Shown in pieces: positions 28,674-42,249 of a DNA stretch of 64,000 bases (positions are counted from its first letter, which is position 1; the number at the start of each line of letters is the position of its first letter). The notes below the pieces were generated by a model. That model made no database searches. It was not told where the DNA came from and saw only the letters and a list, made by a program, of their open reading frames with translations. This stretch comes from Chrysomallon squamiferum (lineage: Eukaryota; Animalia; Mollusca). Where the stretch lies: positions 29,078,001-29,142,000 of the forward strand of contig CM022671.1 in NCBI GenBank assembly GCA_012295275.1, written 5' to 3'. A program made the translations under genes and the position numbers.

Positions 28674-30227
28674 ATAATAATAATAATAATTATAATTATT
28701 ATTATTATTCATAAATAAATCAGTAATAATAAATATTAGTATGGATAATGGACAACACATTACATTTTATTTTTTTTTTATATATATATATTTTTTTTCG
28801 ACATATTGACTGAAATTTTTTTTTTTTAAATAAAATAAATTTTTAAACAAATAATTTAAAAAATAAAATTTAATAATATAATAAATAAATAAATGAAAAT
28901 AAAAAATGAACATAATATTAACTCAAACTTCTCTGCCCATGTAAATATCTAATTAATAAATGATTTTTAAAACATTTCATGAACTAGATATTCAAAACTA
29001 ATAGATCAAGAACATTTTTTTCAACTTAAGGAATTGAAAAAGAAAAATTAATTTCCATAAAGGTTTAAATACAAATGAAATTATGTCACATACGACTTTA
29101 AAACATTTAACACAACATTATGAACTACATGTATGTTTCTCACAACAGTTATTATCTGACAGAATATACTGTATTTATGTTCAACCACCACCAGTACCAC
29201 CACAATAACAACCTTAACCACACATTTAACAATACAAACTATATATACACTTCACTAATACTTATATAATCTGACATTACCATGACCAACATCACATTAA
29301 CAACAACATCTTAATCCTACATCATATAATCTGAATAGAACCTAACATCAAATATCATGTATTTATGTAAGCCTTCACCAAAATCACTGCACCATAATCA
29401 TCATCAACAATGAAAACATCATCATCTATCTACATATTAAGAACATAGATTTATAATCTGAAAGATTATGTAAAATCAACAATGTCCCCTCCCCCACATC
29501 TAACACTACATAAGCTAGATATAGATTTTCACAACAATTACAATCTATCAACAGAATATCATATTTATGTAACATTATTATACCAACAACAAAAATAGAA
29601 TCAATGTAACACTATATTAACAGATGTAGGTTCATCAAAACAATTATGATCTGGCAGAAAATCAAAATACTACTACTTTATATATATATTGTATCTGAAT
29701 AGTAAAGCTGTATTTAGTTTTTGTCAAACCCAATAACCAAACAAATTAACAACAGAAAAGATATTTTAAAAAAAGTAATAAAAAAAACTTAAAAACTGTA
29801 GATGAAAAACCCTCCCCCACAAAAACAACAACAAATAATAAAATAAAATAAAATGAATAATAATTATAATTAAAATTAAATAATTAAACAAATAAATAAA
29901 AACAATATAAACTGATATAATAAATATCCAAGCACTAGATTTTTAATTTTTTTCATTATTTATTAAAATTTGATTTATTTATTTTCGTAACTGTTTTGAA
30001 GAAAGAAAAAAAAACAAGAAGAAAAAAAAAAATACAATTTACATTGTAGAAAAATAATGGCCAGCAAATCACCAACATAACATGAATCATGCACTGACAG
30101 TCAGTCAATCACCTAAGCAACAGTGTAACAGAAACACAACACAGATCCAGGAAACATGGATCTTACTGTTAATTCTTATTCCTGCTCTTGCAGTAGATTT
30201 TCCTCTCGACGAGCCTGCACACCCCAT
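21328..30227 (-). CDS. Uncharacterised protein: N-acylation motif, TIR domain, Cbl-EF-hand-like segment, HEAT repeats (about 500 aa; frame break in coding exon 2)
   Basis: Coding exons in gene order: 30227-30167 (MGCAGSSRGKSTARAGIRIN), 25977-25754, 25353-25253, 24577-24432, 24042-23783, 23321-22983, 22835-22734, 21897-21762, 21463-21328 (TAA). TIR: DVVIAYTPADIHFVRRLTDTIRSSNLSVWY...QAILACKIFIPILSESSADDKQLNDELALAY...IFPI. HEAT: LTEMLKDDDPNIRAVAAIALSK, LVGLLEDEDRLVRESALLSLGSL, WRNDPIKNVREAAELAL. All junctions from 25754 onward are in phase; there is a 1-nt frame discrepancy near 25845-25860. Confidence 0.82.
22657..22729. repeat. Perfect 36-bp tandem duplication beside a splice donor
   Basis: AATGTTAAATAACGACATTTTTAACAGATTAATTAA twice. 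Confidence 0.9.
27354..27423. repeat. (GA)n microsatellite
   Basis: Direct reading. Confidence 0.9.
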
Positions 30228-31074
30228 ATTCCACAAAGTCCCGGTAGACAGAGGGCTTTGACCATTTTCACACACTAGGCATAATCAGTGTATGACAATT
30301 CTGACTAGAAATCAAGAATAGTAATTAAAAAATAAATTAAACAATGGTAAACAGGCATGGACTACTGACACAAGCAGTAAGTAATGAAAAAGTTGCTAAT
30401 GAAATGACAATTCTGGAACAGCTAAATCAATGACTGTGAAACACACACACACACACACACAAAGAAAGAAAAAGACAAAATGGACCAATAATGGAAGATC
30501 TCAAATTGCTTTATTTGCTTTCTCTATTAGGACAAACGAGAAAAATCTGTTTATATGTAATTAAGTATTAAACTCTTAATATTACCTACAAAACAGAATT
30601 AACAAGAACTATTCTGAAATGAATTATTATAATTAGTACCTCTCATTCATTTCTTCTTTTTTTTTTAATTATGTTCTTAAAGACAACCTGCGGCACAAAA
30701 CAACAGGTAGTTCAAGGCATTGTTATTGTCAGGGTATGTAAAGTAATTATATTTCATTTAATCTTGCCTTTATTTTATATAGAAAGATTATGTCTCAAAT
30801 ATAATGTCACTCTGTAAACAGCTATTAGGACAGGTTTAATCATTTGATTTGAAATTCTCAGAAAGATGATTAAAAACATTGTAGGATGATGAAGATTTAT
30901 TATGAGCCAAAAGAAAACATTTTTCTGCATTTATATCAATCAGTAGTTATTTTATATGATTCAAAGAATTTTATTTTAATTTTTTTGTTTTTGTTTTGTT
31001 TTACAGTGTTTTCTGTACTGTAGCTAAGTGGGTGAAAAACCAAAACAACAAAACAAAATGAAAATAAAAAGTAA

Positions 31075-31120
<46 letters not shown>

Positions 31121-33839
31121 TTAAAAAATAAAATAAAAATGAGTAAATAATAAAATTTAAAGGAAGCAAAATAAATAACATCTGAATACAATTTATAAAG
31201 AATAATTATGTAATATCAGCTTAATATGAACTTATTTCTAAATGTCAAGAATGGGAAAAAAAAAAAAACACCTCTGTGCATATTAAATTATTGTCATACT
31301 TTATTATTAGTGTGATAACTTATCAGTAACCCCCCCATAAAATAAAATAAATCAAGTAATATTATACAAAATCTATATTTAGGCAATTTGCTGGAGATAG
31401 GCTTTAAAAAATACAGTCAAAATCTTTGAATTTATTGTAAATTAATACCACCAACAGCATAAAAAAAATATCTAAAAACTAATTTTCTTTGACACTATTT
31501 AATAACAGATCTATAAAATTTGTAAATATTTTATCATCATCATCGTCATCTTCTTCTTCTTACAGATGGATGTATCTTAATACAGATCAGCCACAGAAAC
31601 CAATTCATCTGAGATCATAAATATATCTAGAAATGGTTTCATTAAATAGTAAAAATCAAAACCCACTACTGTAAGCCCCTCTAATCAAAGGTATTGATGG
31701 AAATTAATGTATTTTGGTTAGTGAAGCTTGCCATTAAAGGTTTCAAATCAATCCCAGATTTCAGCTTGATTCACTTTTATTTTTTATTCCAAAGAAGTGG
31801 TTTAGAAGTTTTCTACAGACGCAAATAGAAAATAAATTCTAAATGACATATGTTAATCTGGTTATTGCCTTCATAAGTTATTGCCTTCTGCTAAAAAACA
31901 GATGAAAAAGTCTGGGAAATGTTTCTTTAACAGTTCAAGCAAGTTAGGATCATGAAGCCATAGGAAATATCTGGGAATTTTATTTTAAATACTGATGAAC
32001 AATATTTTCATTATTTAATAAAAGCTTCAGTTCTATTCAAATCAAAGGAAATGAAAGTATCTTTTAGTATACCAACCTTAATATTAAAGGTCAGTTTACA
32101 AGCATAATTATAATATTAAGAGCTGTGTAGCTGCCGTTTTTCTTTTGTTTTTTTGAAGAGGTTGGAAATGCCATTTAAAGACATAATAATAAATAATAAT
32201 ATAATACAGTACAGTGAAAAAACAACATTAAACAAATATCAATAAAATGCAACTAAGAAACCAAACTCATCACTAATATCTTTTTTCCTAATATAGTCAG
32301 AGATAATATACACTAATGTGTTTTCTAATAGTTATGAAACATATTTTAATATTTATAAAATAACAACATGAGATAAAAAATAAAAATTTAAAAATGGAAT
32401 AGATAATAGGAAAACAACTGAGGCACTAGGTAGCTTTGTCACATAGATTATTAAGGTTATGACAGATTTATAAGGAAAACAAAATTTACATATATATTAC
32501 AACAACAGTAGATTCACTTAATTTCTAATGAATGAATTAATGAATAAATGTTTAATAACAACCCAGCACAAAAAAGACTGAGTGTTGGGTGTCAGGTACC
32601 ATTAATATATAATTAAATAGTAAAATAATATTCAAATATTCAAAAGTATATAGAACACAGTATAAAGAGCTGCACAAAATATAAATATCTCATAAAATTT
32701 ATTATAAAAAGATGTTTCCTATAAAAATATCAATAAAAAAATCAGGTGGAAATGAAACAATTCATATCTAATAGGACACATGTGTATAATATTCTACAGG
32801 AAACAAAATTAAAAAATCCAGATTTAATAATAATAATAAAAGATAGTTGTTAATTATTTATTTACTGAATACCTATATACATAATAAAAACATTTTAAAT
32901 CATAAGCATATACATATAAAATTTTATTTCTCAATATTGTAAAACCATACTGAAATAAAATTGATAGACACCTCAGAAAATATGAGTATATTGTAGAATC
33001 GCATCATACTGAGTATTAGCTGTTAACCAAAACAAGGATAATGGCTTCTTGCAAGTACTAATTATGATAAAAATAGAATTCTGCTCAAGAATAACACCTG
33101 TTCCAATTATTTAACATCCAATTGTACATTGATTGCTTCCATGTTCTGTCTCACATAAGTGACTATTTTCATCAATATTGTCCTTGATTTATCAGGAACA
33201 TTAGTGAACATATAATCAATCTTGTGGAATAATTATTTGAAAGCTCTGTGATGTTCCTTTAAGCTGCCTTTTCTTACAACTGCTTTAATTGATATAACTA
33301 TGAAACATGCTGTTATTTAATTATTAATGGTTAAAAATTGAGTCTGTTGCAGTGACTTTAATTATTTATAATGCCAGTAACCTTACAGCACCCCATTTCT
33401 TGCTGTCAATATGATTAAAAACTGCCTACAGTTATATTCTGACAGAAAATCAAAATAACACTATTTTGACAGTGGAATTGATCCATCATATCATAGGATT
33501 TAGGAAAAGAAAAATAAATTTATAAAATAAAACAGTCATGAAAACATAATGTGGTGAGCTAACTTGAAGCAAAGTAAAAGAAATATTCGTTCATTTTGGC
33601 TGGTCTGTTTCTGAACATTAAAAAAGTATCATTATGATCATGTCATCGTAAAATGTGTTAATACGATAGATAGAAGATCTGTTCCGTGTTGTCCAGAACT
33701 GGCAAAACACTGAAGTCCCAGGGAACTTAAATGTAATATTTTAAGAACTAAATCACAGCTTTGGATTCCTCTTTGCGTACTTAACACAACAGGCTACTGA
33801 TCAATTACTTTCATGTCTAAGACAAACTAATTAGCTTAC

Positions 33840-34045
33840 CTGATATACAGCAACGATATAACTGTCATCTATCACATAGATAAGTTGAACGGAGAAGATA
33901 AATTGTGTATTTCAGCGATCCTGCCTAGTTACATTGATAACTGCGCACTGACAAATTCCCCGCAACTATGCTAATTAGTAGTAGTACTTTTCATGACCAG
34001 TCTATGATTCCTTCTGCTATTTCTGGTTTTGCACAACACTACAAA
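33840..34045. promoter_or_regulatory. Probable bidirectional promoter shared by the TIR-HEAT gene (-) and ACADS (+)
   Basis: A minus-strand donor (CAG|GTAAGC, exon edge 33840) marks a likely non-coding first exon about 200 bp from the ACADS ATG at 34046; local CpG enrichment. Confidence 0.55.
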
Positions 34046-34275
34046 ATGGCAAGTGGATGTCGAATTTTGTGCAAGTCTTCTTCGAGGTTTCTTTGCGCTC
34101 GTGCAAAAAGTATGATTATAATTACGTTTAACATAGACATCATAAATGTATCAGAAAATAATTTAGAAAGAAATAGCCAGATAAAGTTACTTCTGCACTT
34201 TGACTCTTTAAAGATGCGTAATCATATTGAAAGTACCCTATCAGTATCACATTTCTTAATGACATTTAATACTGT

Positions 34276-34325
<50 letters not shown>

Positions 34326-34358
34326 TCAGAGAGGTTTGAAACTTGTAATTCCATTTAA

Positions 34359-34393
<35 letters not shown>

Positions 34394-37206
34394 GAGAAAG
34401 AAGAAAAAACTGAATTATATAAATATGTATTGTAAATTATTAGATTTTTTTTTTTTTGGTGTGATTAGTATCTCTTTATCTCAACCTTTTTAAATAACTG
34501 CATATAACACGAACAGTATGAATTGTAATTAAGCATTTACAAAAAAAAATGAACTGCCTTGATTTCAGATATCCGATTAAATCATAGATGTTTTAGTGGA
34601 CTGAATGAACTTCCAGAAACCCATCAGCTTCTTCAGAAAACATGTCATGATTTTGCAGATAATGAACTGGTGCCCATTGCTGGACAAATTGACAAAAATC
34701 ACACATTTCCAAAAGATCAGGTTAAAAATATTATCAGTGTTAATAAAGTCAAATGACCTAAATAAACTGGATACTCATTTGCATACTACCAAATTCTGCT
34801 ATATTCCTCTTACTGCCTCTCTCCCTATCTAACCCTCTGTGTGTCTTTGTTTTTTATTTTTTTATTTTAAATATTTACCATATTTGATTAATATTAAGAA
34901 ATAAAATTGTGTTTGCAGATAAAGAAAATGGGTGAGCTTGGTTTGATGGGTATGAATGTGTCGGAGCAAGAAGGAGGTTCAGGTCTGGACTATTTGGCGT
35001 ATGCAATAGCCATGGAGGAAATAAGTCGAGGCTGTGCATCTACTGGCGTCATCATGAGTGCACACAATGTAAATATTTTCATTATAATTTCTTTTTAATC
35101 ATATCTAACCACAGAACACAAAGCAGTCCCTCTACAGGAAAGTAACAGTAGCTAAGTGAGAGATTTCTGTGTAGTTCCTGTCTTGTAGTATTAAAGTCTA
35201 ATAGCTGTTAACTGTTAATATGCAAAACAATCACACATCAGATTATTGGCTTATATTTCATTATGTTATATATTTAACATTTTTGGTTTAACAACTACAA
35301 AATATTTTTGTGTGCATATATGTTTATAGACATATCTTTGAGAAAATGTCTATGGTTTGCTCTTTCTCTCTCTCTCATTCTATCTCTCTTCCCTTACCTC
35401 TCTCTCTCTCCTTCTCACCCTCTTTGCTCTGTTTACAATTCAGTTTCTTATGAAAAAGGCTAAGCTCAATCCAAATTTCTGTTGACAGTCTCTCTATCTT
35501 GGTCCTATTAAAACATATGGAACAGATGAACAAAAAGAGAAATTTCTGAAGCCATATCTAACTGGTGAAAAAATTGGTTGTTTTGCTCTAAGTGAACCAG
35601 GTATGGTTACATTTTCTTTTTTTTCTGATAAAGGAAAAGTACACGAATGATAAAAATAACTGATTTAAAATTAATTGCTTAATATTTCTGCTTTAATTAA
35701 AATAGAATTGAGTTATTACCAATTATGCATTATTCACTAATGCATTAATTTAATCTTTTTTTTTTTTTTAAATAGTATGAATTATCCAGTCAGAATTACA
35801 TTTTATATAGTTTCATATTTTGACAAGCCTTTAATGCGGAGTTTAATTGCTTTTAAATAAATCATACTAATAACATATTCATAGATATGATTTCATTAAA
35901 TTAAAGTTATGTATTTTCAATATTCAGCTAGAAACCTTTGGATATTTACATAATAAAATATATTTTCAAATACATTGCCCATTATAAAAAGAAAATAACA
36001 TTATTTTCTTTCTTTTTCTCGCTTTCTCTTTTTCTTTTTATCCTTTACATATACATGCAACTAACGCAAATGTCAAATTACATAGGCATTTAACATATAT
36101 GACAGCATAACTCTGACAGCTACATTTCCAATGGTTTTGAGGAAAATAACATTGAAGGTCATAATAGGGCTGGGGTCACTGCACATTACAGATACAATAG
36201 TTCAGCATCATATTATTCTTTTTCTCAAAATTGTTAGTTATACACAATGTACTTTACCACAGCAGTATATTTTGTGCAAAAATGCTTATCTTTGTGTGTG
36301 TATGAGTTCATGCACATGTCCCCCATTTGTGTGTATGTTTAATTTTGTGTATATTATTGTTTTAAACATGAACCCAGTGTGTAAAAAGAATTAATTAAAA
36401 TTTCAGGTAATGGCAGTGATGCAGGAGCTGCTTCTACAACAGCCAAACTTGATGGTCACACCTGGGTTCTGAATGGAACAAAATCATGGATAACCAATGG
36501 CTATGAAGCAGATGCTACTGTGGTTGGCATATCGTTTAATTTTTTAATATTTAAAAAATAAATTAAAATTAATTATATATATATAATTATTATTATTATA
36601 GTAAAATATTAATTAAATTTTTATTTATTTATTTATTTATTGTTTTTTTTTTATTAATAATAATTATTGTTATGTAAATTTTTGATTATTATTATTATTA
36701 TTTTCAGTTATTGATAATATTTTAATTTAAAAAAATATATATTCTTTTTGTTATAAATTGACAGTCTAATTAGTATGATTCAACGATATTAAAATCCTAA
36801 TTTCATCTCTTTAAATTAGCTCTTTATTTAAAATATGTAACAGAAAAGATATAAAGATAAATCACCTAAGAAATCTTTCATAAATCCAGTGTAATGTAAT
36901 TTTTTTTTTTAATATTTAATTTTTATATCTCAGGTATTTGCTACTACAGATAAAAGTAAAAAGCACAAGGTAAGCCATTTAGTATGTTTTTGCATACAGC
37001 TATATCTCTGTGTAATATCTGATCTTTATTAGAAAAAGAAATTGTTTCAAAAATAAAGAAAAACCAAAATGATTTCTCTTGCCTGATTTTTTAATATTTA
37101 TTTTATTTTATTTTATTTTATTTTATTTTATTTTATTTTATATATTATTATTTTTATTTATTTATTTTATTTATTTATTCATTTATTTATTTATTTGTTT
37201 GTTTGT

Positions 37207-37265
<59 letters not shown>

Positions 37266-38689
37266 TTTTGTGCATGAAACATTATTTTTTAAACAGTACT
37301 CTCTGCCACAGTATTGTTTTCATTCTGTCATAATTTCCATCAATTGTTCAATTAAATATAATGATTTTTTTAGGGTATTAGTGCCTTTTTAGTGCCTAAA
37401 CCAACTCCTGGGTTGTCACTTGGAAAAAAGGAAGACAAACTTGGCATCAGGGGGTCTTCTACCTGTAATCTTATATTTGAAGACTGCAGAATTCCAGCAG
37501 AAAACCTTTTAGGAGAGCCAGGCTTTGGATTCAAGATTGCCATGGTAGCATGCTTTCTCCACTTAGCATCTGTTTATACATAGTAGTAATATCAAGCTAA
37601 TTTTAAGCATGGTTATTAATTTATTTGTTTTTAAAATGTAGACAGAATTAGGTTTTAATATTTTTCAGTCTGGATGTAATAATTTCTTTGATTTTTTTCT
37701 GACTGATTATAAATCTAAATCAGTGCATTTTATATTTTGATTAAAAAGAAGTATTTAGTTAATAAGGATTTGTTTTCTTTTTAATTTTAAATGGTTAAAC
37801 TGTATTAGAGATGTTTCTTACATATATATATATATATATGTATGTATATTATATATGCACTTAAGACCTTCTGGCTCCAACCCCTCAATATATATATCAT
37901 ACCTGTGCGCACACACATACACACAAATACAGACATGCAACATAGACTTGTATTTTATATAACAAAAAATAATAACACAGCTGCAGTAAAAATAGTAATA
38001 ACCATATCCCTAATGGTAGTATAATTTGTATATTTTTCTTATATATGTTTGCTATTTATGGAATAATGTTGTTTTTTTTTGTTGTTTTTTATAGAAAACT
38101 TTGGATGATGGTAGAATTGGGATTGCAGGACAAGCTTTAGGAATAGCACAGGTATGTTAATTATGTTAATTAAAGCTGATAAGTTACATGTAATATTAAA
38201 ATTTTATTTATGATATAAAATTAAAACTTGGTATATAAAACAAGTATTAAGAATATTTTAACGTTCAGGGATTAGCAACTTATGACCTTCATTAGTATTT
38301 AATATCTTTATTCTTAATATGTTTAATACAGAAGGTTTTAGATACATGCCAATATTCTGTGTTCTTGATTTTTTATACTGAAAATGTAAGTACAGAGAAA
38401 TATTTTTGCCATAAAAAAAAATGCTGGGCTTTATTCTACAAATGAGTAATAAAATATTTATTTTTTTATTATTATTATTATTATTTTTATTTTATTATTA
38501 TTTTTTTTAAATTATTATTTTTTTGTTTTTTTAGGCTGCCTTAGAGTGTGCTATTGAATATTCAAAAACAAGAATAGCATTTGGTTCTCCTATTGCCAAA
38601 TTACAAGCTATTCAGGTAAGCTGATACTATTCACTGCATCTTTTCTAATTATATAATATCTAGATATACCATATGTTATCTACAATGTG

Positions 38690-38742
<53 letters not shown>

Positions 38743-39568
38743 CATATTATTATTCAAGTACAAACACATAAGTTCATTATATTTAAATTCCTTAATGATT
38801 TTAGATCTGTATTTCAGCTAAAAATAGCTGACATGGCTCTTAAACTTGAAAGTTCTCGACTTTTAACATGGAGGGCAGCAGTGCTGAAAGATGCAGGGAA
38901 GCCATTTACAAAGGTATTTTGTTTAAATTCTTCAAAGTGTTAATTGCAGCAGTATTAATAAAGCTATTATTGTCATCATACATTAATTTGTTTACTTTAA
39001 GTTTATAAACTTTATATTTGGTACAGATTTTGTGAACTTACCTAGGCTGTATGCAGTTCATATTTAGTTATATTGGTTTTCTGCATTTAGTCAAGATTTT
39101 AAATATTAGAATATTTAATTGTTATTGTTTTCAAAATGTTTATTGTTGTTCTTATTTCATACATATTACAGATTTAATATAAAATTAAAACCACTTTTGT
39201 TTTCAGGAAGCAGCCATGGCTAAATTAGCAGCATCTGAAACTGCTACTTTCGTTGCTCATCAGGTATATCAGATTTATTCATTTTTTAATTCCAGTTTCA
39301 TTTAGATACTTATTTTCTAACAATTTTTTTGTTTATTGTTGCGGTTATAGTTTCTAACATTTGTTTTTGGCTGTTGTTGCTGCCTTATCCTTTGTTAATT
39401 ATTTATGGTTATTTTTGATTATTTCAGTGTATCCAGGTTCTTGGTGGAATGGGCTACGTGACAGACATGCCTGCAGAGCGACACTACAGAGATGCCAGGA
39501 TAACAGAAATTTATGAAGGCACAAGTGAAATCCAGCGACTTGTCATTGCTGGAAATATTCTCAAATAA
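34046..39568 (+). CDS. ACADS: Short-chain specific acyl-CoA dehydrogenase, mitochondrial (about 410 aa)
   Basis: Exons 34046-34109, 34569-34720, 34919-35068, 35489-35600, 36407-36522, 36934-36969, 37374-37544, 38095-38151, 38535-38615, 38818-38913, 39207-39263, 39428-39568 (1233 nt, in frame). Motifs: [96 protein letters not shown]-terminus is R/S-rich like a transit peptide. Confidence 0.96.
38686..38741. repeat. (GT)n microsatellite
   Basis: Direct reading. Confidence 0.9.
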
Positions 39569-41902
39569 AGTACATTACATATTTAAAAAATAATAAACTG
39601 TTTGGTTTGGACAGCTCCTCGAGCTTTTATACTTTGATATATCATTGTCTTCAAAATATTTTTCTTTAAGCTGAATTTGGTAGACCCAATTATTTCAGGA
39701 TTAATTCAATGCAATCTTATGGTATTTTTTATTGAATGGATGGATATATTAATCAGAATGTTCTAGGTATACTTTATATTACAGATTTGTATTAATTGTT
39801 TATATTATAGATTTGTATTAATTGTTTCTTTTTAAATATATCAATATGGCATTTACAAATTCTACAAGTTGAAGCATTGTATATATTTTTTTAATTTTTT
39901 TTTTCAATATTTAGAATTTTATATTAAAGTATTTTTCAAAGCAGGTCTTTATAGTTAGAGTAATTGTTTCATTAGAGGAGACTACCCTTTTCTAATGATA
40001 AAGCATGACAGTAAAATCCAAAGACACCTTGTAAAAATGTAATCATCTATCTCCATGAAAGAATGCATGTACTCTAGTGACAGTAGATTGATAAAATAAA
40101 GTGTAAATTATTTTCTAATCAAATACCAAAATTATTTTTACAAACAGACTTAAATATGTTTACCTGTCTGTTTTATAACTCCATATATATAAATAGGATA
40201 AGTCACATATAAAATTTTTCTCTTTTTTTAATTTAACAATCATGTACTGTATCACGTCATTAATTTATCCATATACTTGTAATTATGAAACTGAAATTTG
40301 TACAAATTAAAATATGTTATATATGCTTTTGCTTTTTCATTTATTCTTTTTTATTTTCCTATTTTAAACAAATATTAACATGCTCAGACACAAAAAATAT
40401 AATATGCAAACACAAAAAAAATTAATTCCTTTTAGGTGAAACAATGTTTTAAGAAATTAAATAATTTAATAAATATTGTTGGACTTTTCTGTTATATAAA
40501 AGGTTATTATTTTTTCAAAACAAACTATAATATTATATTTGTTAAACAATTACTGCACCATTATAAATGGATAATTTTTTTTTCTTTAAAAAAATAAGTT
40601 TTATATTAATTTATTCCTTAAGTGTTCCAAACATTTTTTTTATTTTTAAGATGCTTAATAATTCAATTTCTTATGTCTTTAGAATATATATATCCCCAGC
40701 TTTAATCAAAACAAAGAAATATTTTATTTTAATAATAATTTTATTGCAACATGTCTGGTGTATGGTGTCCACAAAATGAGAACAAAACATTTTAAAAACA
40801 ATGAACTTTCATTCATAAAACAAACATACAAAAATCCACATTTACACTTTTGAGTAAACTTTCCATAAAGGATATTTTTTAAAGGGAAAACATGGTTATT
40901 AATTAACATAAGAAAACAAAAAACTTCCATATTTCTTACTGATACATAATAACATCCACTTTTTTTATCCTGATTACAATATGACAAACATAAAAATAAC
41001 ATTTATAATTAATTCTGTTTAGTAACATTTATTTAAAACTTACCACTATTTACAGTAATCCACATAACCTAATTAGTTTAATACAAATGTCTTTTATAAT
41101 AATATCTCTTTCAGTAAAGGTTTCCATTTACTTAAAATTATAAACTAACATTACCTTAAATATTTTCTTTTGGAAAAAGACAAAAAATTTATTAATTTTT
41201 CTTTTCCCAGGTTTTTTGAAAATGAAATAAGTTTATGCCTGTACATAAAGAAAAGTAAGTTTTCATTTGAAGTATCAGACTAAATGAAAATGACTAGTGT
41301 TGCTGTATTTTATTAATCGTGATAATGTGTAAAATTCACAGTTACAAAAGCAGATTTAACTAAATTAAATGTAAATAAATGATATGTATGATGAAGAGAT
41401 TCTGTATAAATTAAAAATTATCTGAATGAAATGAAGAAGAAAAATTGGCCAAAGTTCTTTATATAAAATGTAGTTTGTATTCTAAACTCGTATTTAGAAA
41501 GTATGTAAAATAATAAGTTAATCATTATTTTAAATTTATAAGTTTTCCTAAATGTAAATTATATATTTTCTAATTATTTAGTATTCTTTGGACAGACAGA
41601 TTTTACTTTTACATTATAATAATCTCTGTTAAATATTTTAAAGGTTCCTTTAAAATTTATAAGTATTTAAATGATAATTACTGTTTTGTTTTTTTCTTCA
41701 ACATTTATTATTTTTACAAAAAGAAAAAATCTTTGGGCAAACACATTTTATCTCACATGAATGAGAACAAAAACTGGGCAAATATATTTCATAATATTAA
41801 CATGTAATTAAATGGTAAAAAAAGTAAAACGGTATTAAAAATATTTTAAGTAACTAGATAAAGTTCTGACAAATTTGATTGCAAGAAGCTAATATATTTT
41901 CT

Positions 41903-42174
41903 TTACTGTTCTTTCTTCCTCTCTTTCCTCACTGGTAGGGGATTCTGCTTGCATTTGTTATACACTTCATTCAACTCAAAATCTCTGATGACATTATCCT
42001 GAAATGTAGAAACATATTTAAACATTTAGGTTATAATTTTCCAATGTTTTCTGTTAGTGAGTAATCAATTACTAGACAGGTAACAGAATGAAATCATATC
42101 TAATTTGTTATTGCCAGAAATAACAATGTGTGAGATATATATATATATATATACATTAGAGAGAGTGTATGAGA

Positions 42175-42249
<75 letters not shown>

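Noticed and set aside
29100-29720. Degenerate periodic repeats (also near 7600-7900 and 16030-16240) as functional elements
   Set aside because: Highly decayed AT-rich tandem remnants with no ORF or definable unit.
33968-34045. N-terminal extension of ACADS from upstream in-frame ATGs
   Set aside because: The ATG at 34046 has strong context (aaaATGg), starts a typical transit peptide and gives the expected length; the upstream ATGs probably lie at or before the transcription start.
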